DNA from: Klebsormidium nitens
Lineage: Eukaryota; Plantae; Klebsormidiophyceae
Assembly (NCBI GenBank): GCA_000708835.1
Contig: DF237184.1
Location: forward strand, 69,486-133,485
DNA: 64,000 nt
Reading direction: 5' to 3'
The notes under the pieces are model-generated. The model saw nothing but the letters and a program-made list of their open reading frames with translations, was not told the origin of the DNA and did not search any database. Below are positions 36,476 through 49,000 of the stretch, one piece after another. Position numbers and translations under genes: made by a program. How positions within the stretch are numbered: position 1 is the first letter of the stretch; each line of letters begins with the position of its first letter.

Positions 36476-39209
36476 ATGGCGCAAGCAATGGCCACTGTCT
36501 CTCAGTTGGCACGGATCCCCTGCATTGCTGTGCAGAAGTTGAATACAAGCACCACATCTTCTTCTTTGCATGCGGTTCCCCTGCGCTCAACCCATGTACC
36601 ATCTCCTTCTACCACTTTGTCCTTCTCTTCTTCCATCAGATCTTTCCCCGCTTCCAGAGGCTTCAAGAAGCAAAGTTCTTCAAACAGAAAGCCCGTTGCC
36701 GTTGCTCAGGCCACAGATTCGTCTAGGAGCGAAGCAGCACCCTCAGCCGCGAACGCTGAGTTGGATGGCCTCTTTGAGGGCTTATCATCGACCGATAAGA
36801 TGATTCTATCTTTGGCGGCCGCCATCACTCCAATGCTGCTAGCAGAGGTATAACGCTTACCCTGCTTTTATCGCCTATTAGGTTGGGTGGCCTTGCAGAG
36901 CCTGAAGTGACAATCACTTATTCTCAGGGAATCAGGCGTTGTTGCAAGTCAGTACCAAGGTGTTCGAGATTTGGCGCAGATCAATCCGTACCATGCAAAT
37001 AGAGCATTTTGACTAGCAGATTCGTAGGACTTTGATTTACCATGCACATGAACATCAGTACGTCACCAAAGCAACAAGTTGTGTGACTAGGTTGTGGCAT
37101 GTTCGTAGGGGTCCCACGATGCAGAACAAAAGTAAGATGCAAATGTAGTTTTGGCTTAGAGGCCTGTCGTAGTAACAGGAGGCCTAATGTGCATCGTTCT
37201 CTATGCTTCAAGTATTGCTACGGTACAGTGCAATGCTGTCATCTTAGCGTTGCAGAATGTGGCTCCAAAGTCTCTAGACAATTTTTTACAGGCCTTGGGA
37301 GTCTGAAAGATTGACACCATCATGGCCAGGGAAAAAACGCTTTGGTAAACTTTCTTTGTCCATCTCTTAGTTTTTTCTGCTTTTCTCTGACTGCCTACTT
37401 CTATCTATGCCTGGCTTCTGACAAATCTTTCTTCTCCTCTCCAGGATGCATCTGCCGACATTCTGAAGGGCCGTATTGCCTCGCTGACGCATCCCGTGGT
37501 TATGTTCCTGTTGCTGGCCACCACATTGTGGACCGGTTACCTGGGGTGGCAGTGGCGGCGAGTGCGCACAATCCAGGATGACATCAGCGAGTTGAAGAAG
37601 CAGCTGCCACCCAAGGGGGAGGACGGGAAGGTCCCAGCGTCCCCTGTAGATGCGCAGATTGCCGCCCTGACTGAGGTGAGTGTCCGGCAGTGTTTGCTCA
37701 GCTAGACTTCAAGATATGATCAATGTGAGGCAAGGGCAATGGCGCAATTGCCCTTGTCAAAACTCAGTGCGTGATGAGACCTCAGGAAAAGCTTTAAGAC
37801 AACGGGGCCTTGGCGGGGCTCCCCAGTGATGAGAACGCTTTCACTTATCCCTGAATCTGGCCATCTTGTGTTGGCATGCTCCTTCAGCCTTCTTCTCTGT
37901 GTTGCATTGTTTTGGTATCAGGATCTTGCGCAGTGCAGTGGTTGGTGGAGTCTTTTCAAAACCTCGTCAAAACATATCGCTGCAATTGTGTCCTCTACCT
38001 GCAAGGCTATTTGAATTCTTTTCACTCTGTCCTTCTTGCTGACAGGGGTTGTGATCATGGTAAGCTGTCGAGAATCAAACTTCATAGAAGGTCATAGAAG
38101 TTGCCGAGTGAGTCGTTCAAAGCATCGCGTGTCTCCAGGGAAATTCCTGTGTGAGTCCTTCTTGTAGAGTGTGTCCTTAGAGCCTTATGTCAAGTTGAAT
38201 TCGTTCAGTGGATCGTGGGCCTGACAAGTGAAATGCATCCAGACGAAGCAGGTATTTCATCAAGCTCCGGGGTGAACACTTATAGCAATTCGCCTTGCTT
38301 TTGCAGACTAGGAAAGAGTTGCTGAAGGGGGGCTTCCGGGACCGTCACTTCAACGTGTCGTCCCTTCTTCTGGGCGGCGGCACCACCTTTGCCATTGCTG
38401 GGGCGTATAACACATTCCTGAGGACGGGCAAGCTGTTCCCAGGGCCCCATCTTTATGCAGGAGCAGGTAAGAGAACAAAGTTCCGCCTCTTCAGTGGCTT
38501 GACTGGTCGGCTGAAGAGTCTCAAGGAGGTCTACCACAAAGTGATGTTGCTTGGCGGTTTTGATTGGAGCATCTTCTACTCGCTGTTGGTCTTGAGAGCT
38601 CTTACATCGAAAACACTCTACGGACCCGTTTCCAAGGTAAGACCACAGAACCCACATAACAAGTTCATGTCACACGAGCTTGGAATATCTGACTCGATTC
38701 TGGAAAAGAAAACAGCCGTTTGCTACCTTCTGGAGCTGACGTTGCTTCGTTCGTTGCGAAAAGTGTTCGTTTAGCGCACCCGTTGGTCGAAGGAAGGTGT
38801 CACAAAGCAGTCGCATTTTGCACTAAACTTAGGTGCGTTGGCAGGCCCTCAATGAGATTTTCTGAAAGTGGGCGTTGGCCATGCATCGAAACAGCGGATA
38901 GCGCTATGCAAAGTCTTCCAAAAATTGCCGTCCAAGATTAGACCGTGAAATTGTGACATAGTCGGTGGTAGCGCTGATATAGGCAAGTTCCGACGCCCAC
39001 TTCTTATTGTCGGTGCTTTCTCGTTTGCAGTCATTGTCATTCTGTGGGCACTGGCAGCGGCACTGGTTCCGGCTATGCAGAAAGGAAACGACACTGCAAG
39101 AAGCGTCCACATTGGGCTGAACGCAGTCAACGTCGGCCTCTTCCTGTGGCAAGTGCCAACCGGTCTTGAGATCGTTTGGAAAGTTTTGGAGTTCACGACC
39201 TTCCCGTAA
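36476..39209 (+). CDS. DUF4079-family plastid membrane protein (about 313 aa)
   Basis: Exons 36476-36847, 37445-37675, 38307-38466, 39031-39209. Ser-rich transit-peptide-like N-terminus. Motifs: HPVVM, TGYLGWQWRRVRTIQ, RKELLKGGFRDRHF, GKLFPGPHLYAGA, HIGLNAVNVGLFLWQVPTG. Confidence 0.88.
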
Positions 39210-39727
39210 GGCTGCCTGCTGAACACTAGGTTGAGTTGTGCAAGAAAGTTTTGAGTGTTGAGTTGACGAATTCTAATCGATGGTTTAACATGGAAGATCG
39301 TGACCGAGATTCAATCAAAGACTTTGACTCAGTCGGAACCTTAAATAAAGCTCGACTTGATTTTATCTAACTATCACATCACCGGAGAGCAAAGATGCTA
39401 ACTGAATGTAAAGCGGCCTGCAAATTAGGGGACCGGTGCGCATGCTGCACGAGAAGGCCCATGGCATATCATCGCGTGTATAAGTAATGCAATCGCACAC
39501 ACATTGAGTCGAGCACATGATGGACATCAACGTGGTGCAGTGTGAGATATTATATCACATGTGCACTTTGCAAATAGTCAACCGTACCTGGTTAACATAT
39601 GATCACATGCACGGAACTGGCCGGCAACATACAACATGCATGTGCGCGGCTGAGCAGGTTTTACCTGCAATACCGCCATCATGCACGGCTGCCACCCGTG
39701 GTGGTCAGCTGCGCGGCTACATGTGTG

Positions 39728-40497
39728 CACAAGCTACCTATGGTGGGTCTCGACGGTATCGACCGCGCGACGGTCGGGTCTCAAATTTGTATGACCGGTG
39801 TCACGCGTCGCGACACATTTTGTACGCAGTACTAACGATCGTACTCGGCCGTACTAGAGAATCGGGTCCGAATTCATGAATCGAGCTTTTCCTGACACGT
39901 CGATCAAACGGGCAATTACGTACTACCCGGAGGTACGGTACCGTCGCGCGAGACTCGAGTCTGCGCGGCCGACAAATTTAAATTTCATGGTCTTGGTCGG
40001 AACTTCCGACTTGTACCGTGCACGAGTACCGCGGTACCCAGACTGAAAGAAGAGTGCAGAGATTTGATATAGGAGTGTAAGAGAAGGCGCTCTTCAAAAT
40101 CCAACAATGGCGGCCAACTTTGCGCCTCCTATGCTGCTATTTGAGATTTGTCCTGAACAAAACATGATGTTGGAGCTTCAAAGGACAGCTAATGACGGTC
40201 CCCCAACATTTTTTTTAGCTTGTCAAAGGTTTCTGCATGTTGCATAAGCCGCATCTTAGTGTGGCATTTTCATGCTCCCGTCAAAGTGTAAAATAATACA
40301 CTTGTTTACAACTTCATGACACTCACTTACGGCCGAGCAAAAATTCCTGAGTACTCGAACCGTACATGTTTCGGAAGTCCGACTCAGCGTAACGTGAACC
40401 GCCGGTATCACTGACAGAATTTGATACCGGGTCCCACAATTTCGTTGCGGTTCGAGTCGGAGTCGACTCGGCCGGAACCCACCGTAGGTAGCTTGTG
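39728..40497. mobile_element. Non-autonomous TIR element, 770 bp, CAC termini, possible 2-bp (TG) target-site duplication
   Basis: 20-bp TIR with one mismatch: CACAAGCTACCTATGGTGGG (39728-39747) / CCCACCGTAGGTAGCTTGTG (40478-40497). TG flanks both ends. Subterminal regions are rich in GTAC/CGG motifs. Confidence 0.7.
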
Positions 40498-41001
40498 TGC
40501 GCGCGCGGGGCCGGATCGAATCTATCAAGAGTCAAAATTATCCACAGGTGCATGTAGGCCCAGTCCCATGCGCAGCCATCATGTTTCATGGGGTCTTCAG
40601 GCTGGGTACTTTCGACTACACGCCAAGTCTATATGTAAGTGATATATATGCAGCTATCATGTGGAACTTGTAACAATGCAGTCGGGCGGCTTTAACCATG
40701 ATCAGCGCGCCTAGGCTATCATACATGGGGTATATAACATGGAGAGACTTTTTACAGCGTATCCACTGACAGACCCGCGATCGAGGAGCTCTTCTTGATA
40801 ATCAGATTCCAATCTAAAAATTAACTTGTAGTGCACAAATCTCGCACGCTGGCAATTCCCTATTGGTTGAATACCGTGTTTTGCTGACCAACTAGCCAAG
40901 CAGATTGAAAACTCGTCATGAACAGACTACAGCGATTTGGCAACGGCTGGGACTTATCCACAATCATCGTCCAGAAGCAGGAGGGGGCTTATCTCTGCCT
41001 T

Positions 41002-42529
41002 CTATTGAGTCGTTGGCATGTCCTCATCTTCGTCAGCATCATCGAATCTGTGTGGATCGCTGGCAACCTGCGGTGAACAGAGGAATACATTGAGCGAAAA
41101 ATTTCATGGAGCAGTCTTCTTGAGAAGAAGTGACAAGTTCGAGCCTGACCAGGATCTTGGACGTACAAAGGGACCCCGACGGACCAATTACATCAGGAAT
41201 GGGTCATCAATACTTGCTGGAGTTGGCAGATTTGCAACCCAGCTTGCCCCGTCTATCCAAGGGAACCCAACAAGGGTACTGCAAGAACACCAGACTCGCA
41301 TTTCGATTCGAACCTAGGTAGTCAGATGATTCGAAAGATTTGACCAACCCGTGCATCCAACCCTCACAGGTTTGATGTTTAAGCATTCCAAACTCAACCA
41401 GCTTTCTGAGAAGCGGTCCAGATGATAACCTGGGCGCTCACCTCATCCCCCTGTTGCGGTGCTTGGAGCAGGCTGTCAAAGTGATCTAGCGCGGCCGCTC
41501 TGGACTCATCACCCCGCACCTCATCCTCATCATAAAAGAACTCCCCTTCCTCATCCTCGTCCTCTGCCTCTGGATCCGGATTCAGCTCCGCGCACTCGCT
41601 CATGACTGAGAACAGGTGGTCCAGCACGCTAGCGTCCTCAGGTATCAAGCGCATCTCAGAAACTGAGGAGAGGTCAGTGATGCCGCCTTCCGAATGCCCG
41701 TCTACATCCTCCTCGCTGTCTTCTTCCTTTTCTACTCCGCTATCAATCTGCAGTGATAGCAGGCTCGTCATGACAGAATTACGACACTGACAGTTTCCGC
41801 CCGGGAAACGATTATTATTCTTTGGTGATTGAAACAGTCAAAGCACCTCGAAAAGTGTGTGCTTAGGGAGGACCTCGACTGCTCAGATGCCTTATCACCC
41901 AATCTGAACTCCAACATTCAGGGATTGCGCCAGATTTCGCACCACCACATACTATCCAGGGAGAGTGGTGGCTTACTTGTGTGTATATACAGGGGCGAGG
42001 ATACGCCTCTGGATTTCTGGATATTGCATGTAGGATCAGGGAAGGAAAGTCCACCGCATAATTCCGCCCCTGATCGCTTTGACTGAACCATATGAGGCGC
42101 CTGGACAGGAAAGCCAATGCTTGTTCAGCATCTGGTTAGAAGCAGCCTAGTCACACCTCGCATGAAGAGCCCTGCAAGAGCAAGGGCCAGAATGGTGCAA
42201 AAAGACCCCCAGCGGAAAGCGAGCATTGAGAACATATGCACCACCCAGATCAAGTAGCTGAATGGAATGATGGTGTGGTATCCTTGGGAAGTATCACGAC
42301 ACACTAGAAGCATCTTCCAAAGATCCTCCAAAGATGCTCCAGGTAATGCTGAGGCTTTGAAAAAATACCTGGTGGTGATATGTAAGGTGCCAATCTCCTC
42401 TTGCCGCCCCTCCCCAAGAGCGATGGCCACATTTGGCTGTGAGTATCGAAGCTCTTCTCCATTGTCTGTGTCCAGCGGAGGACCCCCATCAGGTGCCCGC
42501 TGCGATAATTGGTGAAGGCCCACGGCCAT
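41002..42529 (-). CDS. ICLN: pICln / methylosome subunit (chloride conductance regulatory protein ICln family, about 218 aa)
   Basis: Exons 42529-42369, 42100-41977, 41747-41442, 41067-41002. Motifs: PLDTDNGEEL, GTLHITTRRLIW, AVDFPSLILHAISR, CIYTQID, EMRLIPED, LFSVMSECAELNPDP, acidic tail. Confidence 0.9.
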
Positions 42530-43086
42530 TTGGAAGCACAGCGAATGTCTATTTGTTAGTTTCTGCGTCTCTGCAGATTGAAATGGGCCTGGTGCCACCT
42601 CCTTTTCATGCAATGGCGATTCTGCCAAAACCTTGGTTTGGATTCGGAATGCGAACTCCTCTTGGATCACTTTCCCTGCTGCCTGTCGCCAGTCACGCCA
42701 CCCTAGGACTCGGAGGAGCAAGACTCAAGGGTCTAGTTCTAAAATATCATCGCCCACTGTTGAGCGGACTTGTGCGTTTTTTAGAAACGGGACTCTCACC
42801 TGCAGCAGCAACGTTCTCTCATGAAGGACGAGACCGGTCCTGCTGGGTCCTGCTCACCCCAGCTGAGAGCTCACCCTGTGCTCACCACACTGATTTTTCA
42901 CACTGCCAGTGGAGGCCAGACTTAGCCGCAGCGCTGCGCGTAGCGCCGTAGCCGCTGTAGCTCGGATTGGTACAGGGGAAGAGATTGAGCTGGGTGTCTG
43001 TGAAGGACGATTGATAGACTGTCACCAAGGCAAGAGTTCACATCGGCGCTGTAGGCGCCGCGCAGGCCCCACAGGCCCTTTTCAGC

Positions 43087-46000
43087 ATGGCGGCAAAAGT
43101 GACCATCGATGCTAAGACAATTCAGAGCGTGACTTTGTACACCTGGTTACCATGGTTCCTCCGGTTGGACGTCTGGCCCTTTGTGTCTTTCTACCTCGCC
43201 TGGGCGGGTTTCCTTGTTCCCAGACTCGACAGGACCGGTAGTTTTGTCTGCCTGATGTTGATTATCGTCGTCCACATCCTGACTGAGCTGTTCACATACT
43301 GGTCCATCAACTTCAAGGCCCTCGCGCTTTGTGCAAGAGTGAAGGAGATCAGGAAGGCGGAGGTTGTCAAGGTGGTCCCAAAGAAGTTCAGCGGTCACAC
43401 GGAGATTGTTCCGTTGAAAAGGAAGCGGCTGGGGGGGTATGGCGGCGAAGAGGAGATCAGTTTCCAGTACAGGTAAATAGGAGGATGAGATTGGAACCGC
43501 AGACAATCAGCCAGTCCGCTCTGACTTGGGAACATTGTTTGTTGGCAGAGGTGGTCACTCACAGCAGCATTGATATGTTGGTGGTACTATGGCAGGATCC
43601 TGATTCATGTGCTTTGTTACCTTTCAATTGACCCATTGATTCTCAACTTTGCTCAAAGGATATACTGATTGCACTCAGATCTACGTTCCTTCTAGCCGGC
43701 TTTCCCTTTCAAAGTCGCCCTCGCCGCTGTGTTGTCCTTACAAGGTCACTTTCTGATTTCTACCACTGAAGTGATTCACATGAAGCAATTTCAATCAAGG
43801 CGCTGGGCAACCTGTCTCCTCACAAGCGCATCGGCCACGAACCGGCATACTTATATCATGATCCTGCCTCTCCTGCTGCAGGAAGCAGCGATTCATCTAC
43901 AGCCGTTCCGAGGCCATCTTCCGCAAGCTCGACTTCCCAACGAAGTGGATGTTCAAAGAGTACCTGAGGACGCAAGGCCACGAGACGGAAGCAAAAGCAA
44001 AGGCGGCGTTTGACAAATGGGGACGGAACGCCTTCGAGTTCCCGGCCCCCAATTTCCTGAGCCTATACAAGGAGCAGTGCATGGAGCCATTCTTTGTGTT
44101 CCAGGTATGACCTTGGGGGGTTCTGTGTTCCAGAATTCAATCACCTGAGCCCTTCCAGACGGTTTATTGCGTCGTCAAGCATTTGAAAAAGCCTGTTGTT
44201 GCATACTTTTCCCATAATCGCTCGGAGAGCACAAAAGGAGTCTGCACACTGCTATTATGTTGACAGCAGCAACCGCATGCTGGTGGCAGACATGATACAT
44301 CATCGTGATTGCAAAGAGCATGCCCTTACTGCAAGTTTATGCGTCGATTCTGGAGAACACTGTCCAAGAAAGCTCTGCCCCCAAGCAGTCAGTACTGATA
44401 GGTTACAACATGTGACCATGTCAGATCATCAAGTTGGAAGGGCAATTGTCGCCCCCGCAATTTAAGTTCACAACTCTCTGTGAGAGATCTGGAAAATAGA
44501 TGAGGATAGAGGAACTCTTTTTGAGATATACAAGTCACTGCGCAGGTGTTTTGTGTGGCGCTCTGGTGCATGGACGAGTACTGGTACTACAGCATCTTCA
44601 CGCTGTTCATGCTGCTCCTCTTTGAGGGCACCGTCGTCTCGAGCCGCCTGCGCACGCTGCAGGAGCTGCGCCGCGTTAGAGTCGACTCACAAGGCCTCAT
44701 GGTCTTCAGGTCAGTGCTTGGAGGCTGCGCTGTTGGCCACCTCTCGCTTTGATGAGAACACGTAAGTTAGGTCCTGCGTTGCTGGTGTCAATCTATGATT
44801 TTAGGGCCTTCTTTTCAAGTTTTAGGTCAGTCCTCCGAGGTTGCTGTGCTGGCCACCTTCCAGGTTGATCGGAACTTCGCATTGTTGATTCCTTGCCTCG
44901 TTAAAAACTGTTCACAATCCCTTGGGTCCTTCTTGTTGGTTCTACCCTCGGCACATCGTGGCTTACATAGAGATTACAGTCGGTATCGAGGCAGTGGGGC
45001 CTCGTTGGTGACTCAGGCGAGTTCGTCACCTTGGTTCTCGGCGTCTTTCCCATGCTGGTCGGCGGCTTTCCATCCGACCTTTACGCCTCTATGTAGGTTG
45101 CAAACCATTACGCACTTGTGTAAGTCGCAAACCGCATTTGTAGTGTACCAAGCTGATTACTCTTCTTCTCCTGCACCCCCCTTCAACCACCCCCTCCTGT
45201 ATTGACACCGACACACGTGCAGGGCGCACCGATGGATCCGTCTCCAGGGCGACCAGCTCGTCCCTGGCGACTTGGTGTCAATCGGCCGCCCCACAGGCCC
45301 GGGCGCCGAGGAGCGCACCGTTCCCGGGGACCTTCTACTTCTGGCCGGCACGGCGATCGCGAACGAGGCGCTGCTGACCGGCGAAAGCACACCCCAGTGG
45401 AAGACGCCGATTCTCGACGAGGATCCGAAACAGCAGCTGAGCATACGGAGAGATAAAGTGCATGTGCTGTTCGGCGGAACGAAGGTTTTGCAGCACACGG
45501 GTGACAAGTCGGCACCCGTGCGGACGCCGGACGGGGGGTGCCTCGCAGTAGTGCTGCGGACGGGGTTCGACACGAGCCAGGGGAAGCTCATGCGGACCAT
45601 CCTGTTCTCGCAGGTAGGGGCCGAGAAACTTTTGTTGGATTCTCGAAGAGAAAAACTTGGTGGCTTCTTCTTGAAGGAGAGAGTTGCGAAGCTGTTCACA
45701 CCGAGGCATTGACCTTTATCTTTGCCCAATTAGTCTGCAGATTTGAACGTGATCTGCCATTCCTGATGATGGCGGAATCTTGTCAATGGGACATTGTCCT
45801 GAATTGACTAAGGATTGTGTTGACGGGTGCAACTACAAGTAGTAAAACAGAGTGAACGATGTGTTGACGGATGCTCTTGTGAAGACAATTTCATGAGCGA
45901 AACTCTTCACCTACCTACCATTCCCGTCTTTCACCCGCAACTGTGTTTCCCTTTCACTCCAGGAGCGCGTGTCGGCCAACAACTGGGAGAGCGGCCTCTT

Positions 46001-49000
46001 CATCCTCTTCCTCGTCTTCTTCGCGCTCGCGGCCGCGTACTACGTCCTCATCAAGGGCCTCGAAGACCCCAACCGCAGCCGCTACAAGCTGCTCCTCAAC
46101 TGCTCGCTCATCATTACGTCAGTCATCCCCCCGGAACTCCCGATGGAGCTCAGCATCGCGGTGAACACGTCGCTCATCGCGCTCGCGCGCCGCGGGATCT
46201 TCTGCACGGAGCCGTTCCGGATTCCGTTCGGCGGAAAGGTCGACGTGTGCTGCTTCGACAAGACGGGGACGCTTACCAGCGATGATATGGAGTTTCTGGG
46301 CGTGACGGGGCTGGACGGGAAGCAGGAAACCGGGGAGGCGAATGGAGGGCCCGGGGGCAGGTGAGAAGACGTGTCGATGATCTGGTGGTTTCGTAAGGCT
46401 GACTTCAAAGGTTGCTGGATTCGTCTAGCGGAAGTTTTGATTTGGTATAGGAGCGGATCCGTCTGCGACGGCCTGCCACTTCCGCTCTCTATCCATGCTG
46501 CACCCGATGTATTTCGGATACGGTCCTCGAACTTGGTCGGCCTCGATTCAGCTGCTAGTGTGCCTTTTGGTTGCCCGACTGTCCCGTCGTAGGCTATCAG
46601 CCTCCAAGCTGGGATGGGAAACGTCGAAGGAGCGGGCAAAGTTGCAAATCCCTTTGCACTTGGACTCACTTGTTCCTTCTTTCGAAGCATGGCGCAGTGC
46701 CCTGACGTTCATTCAAGATCCGATACCTCTCTTCGAACCGCTCTTCGCCACGTCCCCTCAATTCCTCTCCTGACAGCTTGCCTGTCCCCTGCAGCTGCTC
46801 CGAGGAGCTTATTTCCGACCCGGCGACCCTCCCCGAGCTGTCCGTCTTCACCCTTGCCGCGTGCCACTCGCTCGTCTTCGTCGACGGGAAGCAGGTGAGG
46901 GTAGTCTCTAGATTATTGTGGTAAGCCCAGGTCTGCATGGAAAACCTGCCCGAGAGGGGTAATTTGAAGGTTTAGGTCGGGTATGGGTGCAGAGCACGTA
47001 AACGTTGCTTTGGGTTTGTATTTGCATTGCTAGTTCTATTTCCCATGATTAGTCCGTCTACTCATTGTGAGTATCATCACAACACGTATGGTACTCAGTA
47101 GAAGCAAGAAGCTCATACTAAGTGTGAATTGATGCAGGTGGGGGATCCCCTTGAGCAAGCAGCGCTGAAGGGCGTCGGTTGGAGCTACACGCAGGACGAG
47201 CGCGCGCTGGCCAAGACTGGGAAGGGCCCGCAGCGGGGCGCGCAGATTGTACACCGGTTCCATTTTGCGAGCCACCTAAAGCGCATGTCGGTGCTCGCGA
47301 AGCTGCTGGAGGTGCCGCGGGAGCTGGCCGAGGGCTACTTTGTGCTGGTCAAGGTGAGGGCGGATAAAGGCATGCTGATGATCGGAGGGGGGGTGGGGGG
47401 CATTCCGCGTTGTTTGATGCGAGGTGGTATGCCGAGGGCTTCTTCTGCTCGTCGAAACGCGGAAGGATTGTCATTGTGCTGGGCAAGGTGACGGGGCAAA
47501 GATGGAGGGTTTCGCTTTGATCGATGCGGGACTTTAGGACCGAAGCCTACTTTGAGCTGGTAAACTCGTAGGCGGACCGGGCCAACATTCGCCAATCTGA
47601 TGTTATCGGTTTCGTCACAATATGCGATCAGAACCTACGATCTCCCCCTGTTCGCTGTCAGGAGTAAAGCATTGGTACCTTCCCGAATCAGTGGGCTATG
47701 TTCGGTCACTGCGGATTATTCCGTATGCTCTTGTTCGTCAAAAGAATGGCGGACCAGCCTACTCGGTTCTTCTCCCCGGAAAAGACGTGTTTTTGGTAAC
47801 AAAATGGTCGAGTGCCTTCTTCTCCTCCAATCAATTCGCAGCATCCTGCTCACAATCCAAAGAAAATGTGTCCTAACCCTCTTTCCAAACCGTCTTGCAG
47901 GGCGCCCCCGAGACCATCCAGGAACGCCTGGCCCACGTGCCCGCCGGCTACGAGGCCGCGTACAAGCGCTTCACGCGGCAGGGCTCGCGCGTTCTGACGC
48001 TCGCGTACAAGCACCTCCCCGACATGCCCGTCGGCGACCTCCGCTCGCTCGAGCGCGACGCCGCAGAATCTGACCTCACGTTCGCAGGGTTCGCTGTCTT
48101 CGCGTGCCCGCTGCGGAACGATTCCGCAGATGCGCTGTTGAGCCTGAAGAACTCGAGCCACGAGCTGGTGATGATCACGGGGGATCAAGCGCTCACGGCG
48201 TGCCACGTGGCAGCCCAGGTGCACATCGTAGACCGGCCGGTGCTGATCCTGACGGAGCGGAAGACGGGGGGTTGGGAGTGGTTGTCGCCGGATGAGGCGA
48301 CTGCGGTGGAGTACGAGAAGGAAGGCGTGGAGGAGATTGCGTGCGAGTATGACCTCTGTGTGGCGGGCAAGGGGATCGAGATGCTGCAGCAAACAGGTGA
48401 GAATAGAGGGAAACCCTTACATAAGAGTCGTAAAGAATTGGAAGCTTTGCTCAGCACCCTTTCACCCTTTCAGTACCCCTTCACCCCACATGTTGTTCGG
48501 GAGCCGCAATGCGATGTTAGTGCCCGATTTCATTGCAGTCATTCAATTTTGCATCAAACCAGGGTCTTTCAAGATCCTCGTTGACTCTTCAACCGTTTCT
48601 TATACTGTTATTGCAGGACTTGATCGCAGCAACAGAGGCTATTCGTCGCATTGACCTGTCGGAATATTGCCAGGTTGCAGTTGGATTCCTTGTATCAGAA
48701 CTCTGGATGACTTAAACGGCAGTTCAACACCTGCGCACGTTTTCCCCTTCAGGCGCCCTCCCGAGCGTCATTCCCCGGACCCAGGTCTTCGCCCGGGTCG
48801 CCCCCGAGCAAAAGGAGCTTATTCTCACCACGCTCAAGGAGTCCGGGCGCACCGCGCTGATGTGCGGGGACGGCACAAACGACGTGGGTGCGCTGAAACA
48901 GGCCCACGTGGGGGTGGCGCTCTTGAATGCGCCGATGCCAAAGAAGAAGGAGAAGAAAGAGGAGCCGGCGAGAACGGAGAGTGGGGCGTTGGCGGGGCCG

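Noticed and set aside
46690-46760. Possible highly decayed acceptor echo before P5A exon 6
   Set aside because: Similarity by eye is only about 55-60% and could be chance.
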